Below are positions 1 through 9,296 of a stretch of 64,000 nucleotides of DNA, piece after piece. The DNA is from an uncultured Verrucomicrobiae bacterium (lineage in GTDB: Bacteria > Verrucomicrobiota > Verrucomicrobiia > Chthoniobacterales > Chthoniobacteraceae), in the NCBI GenBank assembly GCA_963836755.1, contig CAWIKF010000002.1, forward strand, positions 2,048,001 to 2,112,000, in the 5' to 3' direction. A model generated the notes under the pieces. That model saw only the letters and a list, made by a program, of their open reading frames with translations, did no database searches and had not been told where the DNA came from. The position numbers and the translations under genes were made by a program. Position 1 is the stretch's first letter. The number at the start of each line of letters is the position of its first letter.

Positions 1-812
1 AATCCCGTGCTCACGAATAATGTCGCGAATGCAGTGCCGATCGCTGCGAGTGTCGGTTTTTTCGCGACCGCAAGGATTCCGAAAACGAGCAGCCCAACGA
101 GAAATCCGATCAATCCGCCGCGCGATTTACTTTCCAGCAGCGCGACAAAAATAATCGCAATGAGCAGCAGGCCCGCAATGAAAAAAAGATGCTTTTTTCG
201 CCGCGCTGCGCGAGCCGTGCAACCGCATCCGGCAAGCGCGCCCATCGCGAGGAGCGCGGCGGTGTGGTTGCGATTTGGAAACGGCCCGTAGCCCGTCCAG
301 CCCGGCGTGTAGCGCCAGCCGTAGATCATCCAATCGGTGCGCGTGCCGAGCAAAAGACAGACGAGGGCAAAAATCGCCGCGGCCAAAAAGAGCATCCACG
401 CGAGCGCGAGACGGTCGCGATGATCCTGCGCGAGCGCGCGGGTCCAGACGAAAAATGCGCCCGCGACCGCGATCGTCAAGATCACATCGAGTGCGCGAGC
501 AGGCTCCGGATTATGCGTCGGAGGAAGCGCGATCTGATAATCGCGGGTCAAAACTGTGCGCCAATTTTCGCTGCCAAACCATGCCGCCGGCAGAAATTCC
601 ATGGCCACGACGGCGATGATGAAAAGAAGAATCCCGAGATGCGCCCAGCCCCTGCTTTTTGGAAAAGCTGGCGGCGCGGCGAGCATTCCGAAGCCCAAAA
701 GTAGCGTCAGCCCGATCTGAAAAATCCGGTCCGACGCGCCAAAAAGAAGCGGCCCGGCGAGCACTAGAATCGCGAAGATCGCGAACGCGACCTTGCGATT
801 CACCGCCGCCAT
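1..812 (-). CDS. O-antigen ligase / Wzy_C family membrane protein (3' end runs off the window; absent from the ORF track)
   Basis: Manual translation of the minus strand from ATG 812 (or GTG 803, overlapping the upstream TGA) is open to position 1. It is multi-TM with GPFPNRNH and ALLESKSRGGLIG motifs typical of O-antigen ligase-like proteins. Confidence 0.75.
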   Translation of the reverse strand, partial: MAAVNRKVAFAIFAILVLAGPLLFGASDRIFQIGLTLLLGFGMLAAPPAFPKSRGWAHLGILLFIIAVVAMEFLPAAWFGSENWRTVLTRDYQIALPPTHNPEPARALDVILTIAVAGAFFVWTRALAQDHRDRLALAWMLFLAAAIFALVCLLLGTRTDWMIYGWRYTPGWTGYGPFPNRNHTAALLAMGALAGCGCTARAARRKKHLFFIAGLLLIAIIFVALLESKSRGGLIGFLVGLLVFGILAVAKKPTLAAIGTAFATLFVSTG

Positions 813-2164
813 TTCGTGATCGCCTTGACGTAAATCGGCCGGAAACATTCCGCGATGCGGTTCCACTCGGCACGCGTGCCGATCTCGCGCGGCGCGTGCA
901 AAGTCCAGGGTTTGCTGCCGTTATATTTCACGTGGATTTTCAAAGTTTCTTCATCCGTCCAGTCGCCGTCCTCCAAAAAACCGACGCGGCGCAGCGACTG
1001 GTCAAACACGCGCCAAAACTCATCGGCATCGCCGCAACGTTCAACCTCGAGATCGAGAATCTGCGCTTGCAAAAGTGCGTAGCGCACGGTGCGGCGGCGC
1101 GAGAAAAGCCGCTCCACCTGCCCGCCGACATCGGTGAAGCTACGGACGTATTGCAAGTAGCGAACCGCAAAGACTGCGAGCAGAAAAACGGTGCCGAGCG
1201 CGATCGGAATCGTCCGACCTTGACTCCAGAAAATGCTCAGGCCGATGACGCTCAAGACAAGGCAAATGCCATACATCGCGAGCACGATCCGGCGCTTTGA
1301 AAAACCGAGATCCTCGAGCCGGTGATGAATGTGTTCATCGTCGCCCTGGAAAAGCGGAAAGCCGCGAAACGCGCGGCGCGTCAGCGCGAAACTCGTGTCC
1401 AGAATTGGCACGCCGAGCGCGACGACGGTGACCATCATGACAGCGGCGATGGAACCTTTTTGTGAACTCGTGAGGGACAAGGCCGCGATGCAAAAACCAA
1501 CCATGTAAGCGCCGCCGTCGCCGAGAAAGATCCTCGCGGGCGGGAAATTGAAAACCAAAAATCCGAGCAGCGCGCCCGCCATTGTGAATGCATACCACGC
1601 GACCTGAAGCTGCTCCGCCATGAGCCCGACGATTCCAAGCGTGAGCGCCATAAACATTCCGAGGCCGCCGGCGAGGCCGTCAAAACCGTCGATCAAATTC
1701 ACGATGTTCGGCACGGCGATCAGCCAGAAAATCGTGAGTGGCAAACCCCACGCGCCGAGTTCCACATCCCATGCGCCGCCGGGATAGGTCATGCGCTCGA
1801 TGCGCAGCCCGAGCGAATAAACGACCGATGCGATCACAATTTGGACGGCCAATTTTTTGCGCGCGCCGATCGGCTTAAAGTCGTCCCACAAGCCCAGCGC
1901 GCACATCGCGAGCGAGCCGATCAGGATCGGAGCCCAATCGCTCGCGGCGCGAAAATTTTCAGAGACGATGACGAAAATTCCGAGCGAAAGCGCGAGAACG
2001 ATCGGCATGCCGCCGAGCCGCGGGATGCTGCCGGAATGGCGTTTGCGGTTTTCGTTTGATTCATCGAGTCCGATCTCGCCGCGCTGTGCGAGACGGATGA
2101 CCCACGGCGTCGTGAGCACCGACACGAAGAAACCGAGGAGGAAAAGTAGGAGCGCGACAATCAT
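800..2164 (-). CDS. wecA: Undecaprenyl-phosphate alpha-N-acetylglucosaminyl 1-phosphate transferase (WecA/TagO, MraY-like)
   Basis: Motifs PRLGG, GLWDD, VNLIDGFDGLAGG, FLGDGG and HIHHRL; polytopic. Start set at MIVALLL (ATG 2164). Confidence 0.88.
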   Translation of the reverse strand: MIVALLLFLLGFFVSVLTTPWVIRLAQRGEIGLDESNENRKRHSGSIPRLGGMPIVLALSLGIFVIVSENFRAASDWAPILIGSLAMCALGLWDDFKPIGARKKLAVQIVIASVVYSLGLRIERMTYPGGAWDVELGAWGLPLTIFWLIAVPNIVNLIDGFDGLAGGLGMFMALTLGIVGLMAEQLQVAWYAFTMAGALLGFLVFNFPPARIFLGDGGAYMVGFCIAALSLTSSQKGSIAAVMMVTVVALGVPILDTSFALTRRAFRGFPLFQGDDEHIHHRLEDLGFSKRRIVLAMYGICLVLSVIGLSIFWSQGRTIPIALGTVFLLAVFAVRYLQYVRSFTDVGGQVERLFSRRRTVRYALLQAQILDLEVERCGDADEFWRVFDQSLRRVGFLEDGDWTDEETLKIHVKYNGSKPWTLHAPREIGTRAEWNRIAECFRPIYVKAITKWRR

Positions 2165-2276
2165 ATTCAGGCCCTCTGCGGGAACCCGGCGGCGGCGAAC
2201 GTAAAGTAGGTGATCCCAAATTGGCCCATACCCGACTGGTTCAGCACGGAGGATGCCATTCGCGCTTCGGAACCGC

Positions 2277-2316
2277 AAGCGCTTCGCTCGCGCGCGAAGC
2301 GCTTCGCTCGCGCGCG
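2277..2316. repeat. Perfect 20-bp tandem duplication (AAGCGCTTCGCTCGCGCGCG x2)
   Basis: Read directly. It lies just past the stop of the GT4 gene and contains the palindrome CGAAGCGCTTCG at the junction. Confidence 0.85.
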
Positions 2317-2317
2317 G

Positions 2318-3391
2318 TCAGCGGCCGAGTGCGAGCAGCAAAGTCCGCCACTTTTCAAGGCCGGCCGCACGCACTGCTGCAGCATCAGATATTACCGGCG
2401 TCATTGGCGGGGAATCTTCCAGCCAGTCCGCGATTTTTTCCGCATCGCCTGGCGCGAATATTCCTGCTTGAGGCAAGCGACGAAGCTCATCCGCGATGGC
2501 TCCATTCGGTGGCCCGACAAACAAAATGCGGCCGGGCAAGGTGCGGATCAGCGCGAGTTTGCTCGGCCACAGCAAGCCCTGTGTTTGCGGCCTTTGCGTG
2601 ACCATCAGCACCTTCGCCGCTCGGAGCGAATCCTGCAGTTCCGCTTCCGGCACGTAATCTTTCCAGGAACAGTTTTTGAGGCAAAGTTCCCGCGCACGCG
2701 CCTCCGCAAGCGGCCGCGACGGGCCGCCGCCTTGAAAAATCAACGACCAGTTTGAGCCACGCTTTTCCAACAACTGCTGCGCTTCGAGCAAAGTTTCCCA
2801 TTCGTGCGCGCGCCCGAGATTCCCGGAGTAGAGCCAAACCGGAGCCATCGCTTTTGTGACACGCTGAGGTTGTTTCTCCATCATCGGCGCGACCACCCAA
2901 GGAGCGATCGATTCGCTCTCCGCACCATAATTTTTCACCCGCGCCTGCATATCGGCATCGAGCGCAACGATCAAATCGCTGCGCCGGTAAGCCCAACGCA
3001 TGAGGCTTTCAATAAAACGCGTGAAGCGGCCTTCCCGCACCTCCCCCAACGCGATAGCGAGCTCTGGATACATGTCGAAAAGCCAATGCGCGGATTTGGC
3101 GCCGTGCCGCATCGATACAAGGGTCGCGACTAACAGAAGCAGTGGCGGCGAAGTCGCAGAGACCACCACATCGGGACGCTCCGCGCGCAGACCGAGCCAG
3201 AGAATTTCAAGCAGACCGCGCACTTCACGAAGCGCACGGCCACCTTTTTTCGCACCGCGATATTTTTGCCCGGCGGACACAAAATCGACCGCGTGCCCGT
3301 GCGCAGCCAAATCGTCGGCGACTTCGCCCAACAACAGTCCAGTCGGCGCCGGATCAGGTGGGAAGTATTGGTTGAGAAAAAGAAATCGCAC
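2318..3391 (-). CDS. Glycosyltransferase family 4 (WcaI/WbuB-like)
   Basis: RFLFLNQYFPPD N-terminus, DMYPE, YSGNLGRAH and PSKL motifs. Start set at GTG 3391. Confidence 0.85.
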   Translation of the reverse strand: MRFLFLNQYFPPDPAPTGLLLGEVADDLAAHGHAVDFVSAGQKYRGAKKGGRALREVRGLLEILWLGLRAERPDVVVSATSPPLLLLVATLVSMRHGAKSAHWLFDMYPELAIALGEVREGRFTRFIESLMRWAYRRSDLIVALDADMQARVKNYGAESESIAPWVVAPMMEKQPQRVTKAMAPVWLYSGNLGRAHEWETLLEAQQLLEKRGSNWSLIFQGGGPSRPLAEARARELCLKNCSWKDYVPEAELQDSLRAAKVLMVTQRPQTQGLLWPSKLALIRTLPGRILFVGPPNGAIADELRRLPQAGIFAPGDAEKIADWLEDSPPMTPVISDAAAVRAAGLEKWRTLLLALGR

Positions 3392-3454
3392 GCTCAGCGC
3401 AGCTCTTTTAGTCGCCGCCGCAGGATTTCCCAGCACTGATTCGCGGCGCGGCGC

Positions 3455-3470
3455 TGGCATAAGCTCTGCT
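3455..3470 (+). promoter_or_regulatory. Putative sigma54 (-24/-12) promoter upstream of PPTase-like gene 1
   Basis: TGGCATAAGCTCTGCT has exact GG-N10-GC spacing and ends 40 bp before ATG 3511. Confidence 0.55.
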
Positions 3471-3510
3471 ATTCCCGAGCGCGAAACAAAGCCTTCATTC
3501 TTAAACCGAA

Positions 3511-4179
3511 ATGCCGCGACTCCTCAACTTTCCCGCACTGCGCAACTCTGCGCCGGATTGGACGCCGGCTCCCGACACTCCTCCATTGCGGGATCGCGAA
3601 ATCCATGTCTGGCGCGCGAATCTGGATGACCATCGCTTTTACGGATTGCCCGCCTCGCTCTTGTCAGCAGCGGAAATTGTCCGCAGCGCGCGATCGGATG
3701 ACCCGCTAGCGCGCGCCCGCAACCTCACGATGCACGCAATGCTGCGGAGCGTGCTCGCGCGATACACGCGCCAGCCGGCATCAAAGTTAAAGTTCGCTCG
3801 CGACTGTTCTGGCCGGTCCGTTCTGGCATTGAGCACGTTGAAGTTCAATCTGACCGCAGCCGATGATCTCGCACTGCTAGCCGTGACGCTCACGGATGAT
3901 ATTGGGCTGGACCTCGAGCGCATTCGCGAAGATCTGCCATTCGACGAAATGGCCGCGCATTTTTTTGAACCGCGCGATCATTGGTCGATTCGCACCACAC
4001 ACTCCAGTCGGGACAAAGCCGCGCGATTTTTTCAACTGTGGACCAGCCAAGAGGCGGCTCGCCACGCCGGCGGAGTCGGAAGTGCCGCTGCTCACCGATT
4101 TTCTCCCTCACAAGGCTTTGCCGCGGCCGTCGCCACTAAATCGCGTGAAAGTTTCCTGAAGTTCTGGGACTGGAACTAG
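3511..4179 (+). CDS. Sfp-type 4'-phosphopantetheinyl transferase-like protein, degenerate active site
   Basis: EIHVW, FNLT, IGLDLE and FFQLWTSQEA motifs match the Sfp fold, but several conserved residues are substituted. Confidence 0.75.
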   Translation: MPRLLNFPALRNSAPDWTPAPDTPPLRDREIHVWRANLDDHRFYGLPASLLSAAEIVRSARSDDPLARARNLTMHAMLRSVLARYTRQPASKLKFARDCSGRSVLALSTLKFNLTAADDLALLAVTLTDDIGLDLERIREDLPFDEMAAHFFEPRDHWSIRTTHSSRDKAARFFQLWTSQEAARHAGGVGSAAAHRFSPSQGFAAAVATKSRESFLKFWDWN

Positions 4180-4301
4180 CTTCGCACTTCACCCAACCTG
4201 AAATGGCTGTTCGCACTTCCATTTAGGTCTGCTAGAACTAAACCAATGAACGCAATTTTTCCAAAACCGTCAGCCGTCATCGGCGCTAAAAGCGCTGTCG
4301 C

Positions 4302-4317
4302 CGGCACAAGGACTGCA
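4302..4317 (+). promoter_or_regulatory. Possible sigma54 promoter upstream of PPTase 2-wzm-wzt
   Basis: CGGCACAAGGACTGCA, GG-N10-GC. Predicted +1 is near 4328, just before in-frame GTG 4330. Confidence 0.4.
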
Positions 4318-4323
4318 TTCTAA

Positions 4324-5004
4324 ATGGCTGTGACTCTGGACGAGCATTTTACACCGACAACAGAAGAGCTAAAAGCCGGTGAAGTCCACGTGTGGAAAGC
4401 TGACCTCGATGCGCCGTCGGCTCAGCTTTTTTTTGACGTGCTTAACCGAGAGGAACAGGACCGGGCGGCGCGCTTTGTTGATCCACTGATTGCTGCGCGC
4501 TATCGATCCGGCCGAAGCTTGCTTCGACTAATCCTTTCACACTACTTATCAGTATCTCCGGGAAACATTTCCTTCTCCGTCGGTCCATTCGGAAAACCCT
4601 TCGTTGAAGGTGCCTCACTTCACTTTAATGTCAGCCATTCCGGATCGATGTTTGTCGTTGCACTTTCACGCCAGGAAGTTGGCATCGACCTCGAAAAGGT
4701 TTCCGATCGCGTCGATTATGACGCCATAGCCGACGCTTACTTTGCTGCCGAGGAAGTGAAAGAGCTTCGCGAGTTTCCGCCACAGGCGCGGCAGGAAAAG
4801 TTTTTTCAAATGTGGACTGGCAAAGAAGCTTTGTTGAAAGCTTTGGGCGTTGGAATCGGGCAAGGATTGGAGGTAAACCCGCAAAAGCATTCGTGGAACG
4901 TTCGCGGGATAAGCGCACCTAAAGGCTATGTCGCTGGACTAGCCTTTCATGGGGACGACGTGGTTGTGAAAACCTTCGAATGGAGTTTGAACAAAGCCAC
5001 ATGA
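4324..5004 (+). CDS. Sfp-type 4'-phosphopantetheinyl transferase
   Basis: GKP, FNVSHS, VGIDLE and WTGKEALLKALG canonical motifs. Confidence 0.9.
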   Translation: MAVTLDEHFTPTTEELKAGEVHVWKADLDAPSAQLFFDVLNREEQDRAARFVDPLIAARYRSGRSLLRLILSHYLSVSPGNISFSVGPFGKPFVEGASLHFNVSHSGSMFVVALSRQEVGIDLEKVSDRVDYDAIADAYFAAEEVKELREFPPQARQEKFFQMWTGKEALLKALGVGIGQGLEVNPQKHSWNVRGISAPKGYVAGLAFHGDDVVVKTFEWSLNKAT

Positions 5005-5876
5005 GTCACAGCGCGCAAGACAACTATGAAATCATCATCGAGCCAAATCGCGGTTGGATGCATATTGACTGGAATGCCCTTTGGGATTACCGGGACCTGC
5101 TCCTGTTGCTCGTGCGCAGAGAGTTTCTGTCGAAGTATAAGCAAACGGTGCTCGGCCCCGTCTGGTTCGTAATCAGTCCTTTACTTACCACCGCAATATT
5201 TGCCGTGGTATTTGGAAAAGTCGCTCAGATTCCGACCGATGGTCTGCCGCCCATTCTCTTTTATTTGTGCGGCCTGCTCAGCTGGAGTTACTTCTCGCAA
5301 GTTGTCACCACCGGTGCGGCTACCTTCCAATCGAATGCCGCAATGTTCTCAAAGGTATATTTCCCTCGTCTGACTGTTCCTTTGTCGATCGTCATCGCGA
5401 CTCTTTGTGCCTTTGGGTTGCAGTTGGTAACCTTCATCGGCTTTTACATATACTACAGACTTTTCGTTCCATCCGCCGCAAACCTTTCCCTGGACTGGCA
5501 TGTGGTTCTCATACCTCTCTTACTCATTCAGACTGCCGCTTTAAGTTTGGGTGTTACGCTCTGGATGTCGGCTGCCACTGCTAAATATCGTGACTTAATG
5601 CACTTGAACCAGTTCATCATGCAACTTTGGATGTATGCTACTCCGATCATCTATCCGATTTCAAAGATGGTGGCGAAGCTGCCCGCAAAGTGGGATTGGG
5701 TAATAGGCTTGAATCCAATGAGCACGGTCGTCGAGGGCTTCCGCCTCTGTCTGCTCGGAAGAGGAACTATCGAGCCAGCTTATGAGATCTCCTCATTAAC
5801 CATCACCCTACTGGTTTTTCTCACAGGAATCATGATTTACCAAAAGACGGAGCGCACAGTCGCTGACGTTGCTTAA
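5001..5876 (+). CDS. wzm: Polysaccharide ABC transporter permease (Wzm/TagG)
   Basis: KYKQTVLGPVW, KVYFPR, WMYATPIIYP and LNPM motifs; ATGA overlap with the PPTase stop. Confidence 0.92.
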   Translation: MSHSAQDNYEIIIEPNRGWMHIDWNALWDYRDLLLLLVRREFLSKYKQTVLGPVWFVISPLLTTAIFAVVFGKVAQIPTDGLPPILFYLCGLLSWSYFSQVVTTGAATFQSNAAMFSKVYFPRLTVPLSIVIATLCAFGLQLVTFIGFYIYYRLFVPSAANLSLDWHVVLIPLLLIQTAALSLGVTLWMSAATAKYRDLMHLNQFIMQLWMYATPIIYPISKMVAKLPAKWDWVIGLNPMSTVVEGFRLCLLGRGTIEPAYEISSLTITLLVFLTGIMIYQKTERTVADVA

Positions 5877-5877
5877 G

Positions 5878-7251
5878 ATGACAAAGCCGATTGTCGAAGT
5901 AGAGAAGCTATCGAAGCTGTATCAGCTTGGTGATATAGGTGCCAGCAGCTTGCGCGATTCCATGGAAAGCTGGTGGGCCGGAGTTCGCGGTCAACGTCAC
6001 AAGCTGGCTGCGCGGCGCGCGCAGGACATGTTGATCGCGCCTGAGCGCGTGGGCCCGCGACCAGATACATTTTGGAGCTTGAAGGACATATCTTTCAACG
6101 TCCAGAAAGGAGAGGTTATCGGGATCCTCGGCCGAAACGGTGCAGGCAAGTCTACTTTGCTCAAAATACTCTCGCGAATCACGGAACCTACGGCCGGACG
6201 AGCAGTGGTGCGGGGGCGCGTGGTTTCGTTGCTTGAAGTGGGCACCGGATTTCATCCTGAACTGACGGGGCGTGAAAACGTTTTCTTGAACGGCGCCATT
6301 CTAGGAATGAAACGCGCTGAGACAGCACGTAAGTTTGATGAGATCGTCGCTTTTTCCGAAGTAGGTGCTTTCATCGATACTCCCGTGAAGCGTTACTCCA
6401 GCGGCATGTATGTTCGCCTGGCATTTGCGGTCGCTGCGCATCTAGAGCCGGAGATACTCATGATCGATGAGGTCCTTGCAGTAGGCGATGCGGCCTTTCA
6501 GAAAAAATGTTTGGGTAAGATGAGTGAGGTCCGGCAGCAGCATGGTCGCACAGTATTCTTCGTCAGTCATAACATGGGGGCAATTCGTTCCCTCTGCGAG
6601 AGCGCGATACTCATCGATGCTGGCCACCTCGCAATGCACGGCACTCCTCAAGATGTAATTAGCCATTACCTTTCTTCCACGATTTCAAAGCAGAACGAAA
6701 GCGAGGGCCTTATATTTTGGAATGCAGACACAGAACCTGCACCGGGAACTGATGAAATCTGTTTACGCGGAATAAAATTGATCGGCGGCCAAGGATTGAC
6801 TCAAGCGGTGTTTGAAGCCGACCAGCCGATCAAGGTTGAAATCCACTATCAGGTGCTTTCACGATTGCGTGGCATACGCTTTAAACTATCCGTCATGACC
6901 CAGGAAGGTGAAATCGCTTTTGTGGCGACGGATCATTCATTTCAGCAGGAAATGCAGACGCCTGGAATGTATCGGACCGTCTGCCAAATTCCCGGCCGCC
7001 TTCTTAACTGCCGCGACTACCTTCTGAGTATAAGTTGTGAGATTCCGGGTGAAAGAATGTTGATCGCGCCCGGAGAGTATTTGGGTTTTACTATCTCAGG
7101 AGCAGGCAACCAATCCAGTCATTTCCCAGAAGTCTGGCCGGGCGTCGTCTGCCCAAAAGTTGAATGGCTCGTGGAAAAACTTGATACCAATGAGTTCTTG
7201 GAAAACATCCGCCGGGCTTCTTCATCGCTTGAGCCTTTAGCCCAGAAGTAA
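5878..7251 (+). CDS. wzt: Polysaccharide ABC transporter ATP-binding protein with C-terminal Wzt_C-type domain
   Basis: Walker A GRNGAGKST, YSSGMYVRLAF signature, IDEVLAVGD, and a C-terminal extension of about 180 aa. Confidence 0.93.
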   Translation: MTKPIVEVEKLSKLYQLGDIGASSLRDSMESWWAGVRGQRHKLAARRAQDMLIAPERVGPRPDTFWSLKDISFNVQKGEVIGILGRNGAGKSTLLKILSRITEPTAGRAVVRGRVVSLLEVGTGFHPELTGRENVFLNGAILGMKRAETARKFDEIVAFSEVGAFIDTPVKRYSSGMYVRLAFAVAAHLEPEILMIDEVLAVGDAAFQKKCLGKMSEVRQQHGRTVFFVSHNMGAIRSLCESAILIDAGHLAMHGTPQDVISHYLSSTISKQNESEGLIFWNADTEPAPGTDEICLRGIKLIGGQGLTQAVFEADQPIKVEIHYQVLSRLRGIRFKLSVMTQEGEIAFVATDHSFQQEMQTPGMYRTVCQIPGRLLNCRDYLLSISCEIPGERMLIAPGEYLGFTISGAGNQSSHFPEVWPGVVCPKVEWLVEKLDTNEFLENIRRASSSLEPLAQK

Positions 7252-7252
7252 G

Positions 7253-8338
7253 ATGTTCGCCACAATAGCCTCCGAAGAAACCGGGCATGAGCAATCCATG
7301 CGGCATTCGTCGCTTCCAGTCCTGATGCTCTCTACTGTCTATGCGGAGCATGCGCTCCGATCGGGATATGGCCTCCTGAGAGAGTATGTTCCCGGTGCAA
7401 AAATAATCACGGCACCGCGCAGCGATCCTGATTCGAAGTTCCTTCGACTTTGTGCTCGCGCTGCGCGGCGCTTTTCCTTTTCGCGATGGTATTTGGGAGG
7501 ATCGGCGCAACTGGAGTGGAAAGCGGCACAAGAACTACGGGCAGGTTTTGATGGGCCGATCCATTCGCTGTGGGCGGATCATGATCTCGGCTACCTGGAC
7601 CTCCTCCTTCACCCCAAGAACAAGCTTTGCGGCACCTTTCACAACTGCTCGGACACCTTGCCTAAAACAATCCGCTTTCCTTCTCGCCTCAAGAAGTTTG
7701 CTGCTATCATTTTGATGAGTAATACGCAGCGGCCATTTTTTTTACAATCAGGCGTCGGGCCCGCCAATTTGCATACAATACTCCACGGAGTCGACACTCA
7801 CTACTACACTCCGCGACCGCCCAAAGATGACTCCTTCAGTGTATTGTCGGTTGGAGGTTATCGTCGCAACTTTCCGCTCCTCGCTCAGGTTTGTGATTCC
7901 ATGAAAAGGCGGGATGGCATCCGATTCGTCGTTGTCGCTCCGTCCGCTTTTCGCTCGCTTTTCGCCAATCTGCCGAATGTGGAATTCCATTCCGGTATCA
8001 GCGATGCGAAGCTTCTGAGCTTGTATCAGTCAAGCTCGTGCCTCTTGCACGTGGCCGAAAACGCCACCGCGAACAATGCGGTCCTTGAGGCAATGGCTTG
8101 CGGATTGCCCATTATCTCGGAGCGACTGGGCGGAATCCCTGAGTATGTCACTCCACAATCTTCTATCCTGGTTGACGCTGGTAACGGCAATGCTATCGCC
8201 GCATCCGTAGAGCGACTATTCAGCTCGCACTCGCTCCAGTCAGAAATGCGTGACGCTTCAAGAAAAAGAGCAGAAGAATTGGATTGGAGCAAAGTAGCTG
8301 CCAAGACTGAAGAAGTGTATCGAACGCTACTAGACTGA
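7253..8338 (+). CDS. Glycosyltransferase family 4
   Basis: HGVD and NAVLEAMACGLPII...GGIPEYV GT-B C-terminal motif. Confidence 0.88.
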   Translation: MFATIASEETGHEQSMRHSSLPVLMLSTVYAEHALRSGYGLLREYVPGAKIITAPRSDPDSKFLRLCARAARRFSFSRWYLGGSAQLEWKAAQELRAGFDGPIHSLWADHDLGYLDLLLHPKNKLCGTFHNCSDTLPKTIRFPSRLKKFAAIILMSNTQRPFFLQSGVGPANLHTILHGVDTHYYTPRPPKDDSFSVLSVGGYRRNFPLLAQVCDSMKRRDGIRFVVVAPSAFRSLFANLPNVEFHSGISDAKLLSLYQSSSCLLHVAENATANNAVLEAMACGLPIISERLGGIPEYVTPQSSILVDAGNGNAIAASVERLFSSHSLQSEMRDASRKRAEELDWSKVAAKTEEVYRTLLD

Positions 8339-8348
8339 GGGCGGGATC

Positions 8349-9296
8349 ATGAGTCTCACGTGCGGCATTACCATAGCCACGCGCAACCGGAGGAAAGATC
8401 TCGAGCGCACCTGTATTGCCATCTCACAGCTAGATCCATCTCCAGATGAAGTTCTGATTTGTGCGGACGGTTGCACAGACGGGACGGTTGGTTATATCCG
8501 CGGTTCGTTTCCGGAGTTCACAGTTCTCGTTCATCGTGAAGCGCAGGGATCGATTGCGAGCCGGGATCAAATGATGCGCGCAGCCAAGAGCGACCTACTG
8601 CTTAGTCTCGACGACGACAGCCATCCGCTGGAGTTCGAGGCCATTAGTCGAATTAAGGAAATGTTCATGCGAAACCCGAGGCTTGCAGCAGTCACTTTTC
8701 CGCAACGCAGTGACGAATATCCCGAAACCCTCAGTCAGAACGATTTTGGTCCCGCGCATTTTGTAGGGACTTTCTCAAATGCGGGCACGGCGATCAAGCG
8801 AGAGTCGTTCATCAGACTTGGAGGTTATCCGGCAGAGTTCAAGCACATGTATGAAGAGCCAGACTTCGCCCTCCGCTGTGTCGCCGCCGGCTTGGAGGTA
8901 AAGTTCGAGCCGACAGTTACTATCCGCCATCACTATACGGGCGTGCAACGAAACGAGCTTCGCATTCACCAGCTCCATGCTAGAAATGAGATTTGGAGCG
9001 TGCTCATGCATTGCCCCTTTCCACAGCTGTTTGCCGTGCTGATGTTTCGGATAATGAGGCAACTGAGTTACGCTACTAAACGAGGACTTCGCTGGGTCTT
9101 CAGCGAGCCGCGATGGTGGCTCGACTGTTTGGCCGGGGTCGGCAGCATTGTTAAAAAAAGGCGGCCTATAAGCTGGCCCATCTATAAAGCTTGGATGGAG
9201 CTAGTGCGGAAGCCGATTTTTTCTGAGAGCGAATGGCTCGCACGCTTTCGCATCCCAGCCCAACAACCGGCTAACGTCTGCCCTGTTGATAAATAG
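8349..9296 (+). CDS. Glycosyltransferase family 2
   Basis: ITIATRNR, ADGCTDGT, LSLDDDS and YEEPDF motifs. Confidence 0.9.
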   Translation: MSLTCGITIATRNRRKDLERTCIAISQLDPSPDEVLICADGCTDGTVGYIRGSFPEFTVLVHREAQGSIASRDQMMRAAKSDLLLSLDDDSHPLEFEAISRIKEMFMRNPRLAAVTFPQRSDEYPETLSQNDFGPAHFVGTFSNAGTAIKRESFIRLGGYPAEFKHMYEEPDFALRCVAAGLEVKFEPTVTIRHHYTGVQRNELRIHQLHARNEIWSVLMHCPFPQLFAVLMFRIMRQLSYATKRGLRWVFSEPRWWLDCLAGVGSIVKKRRPISWPIYKAWMELVRKPIFSESEWLARFRIPAQQPANVCPVDK

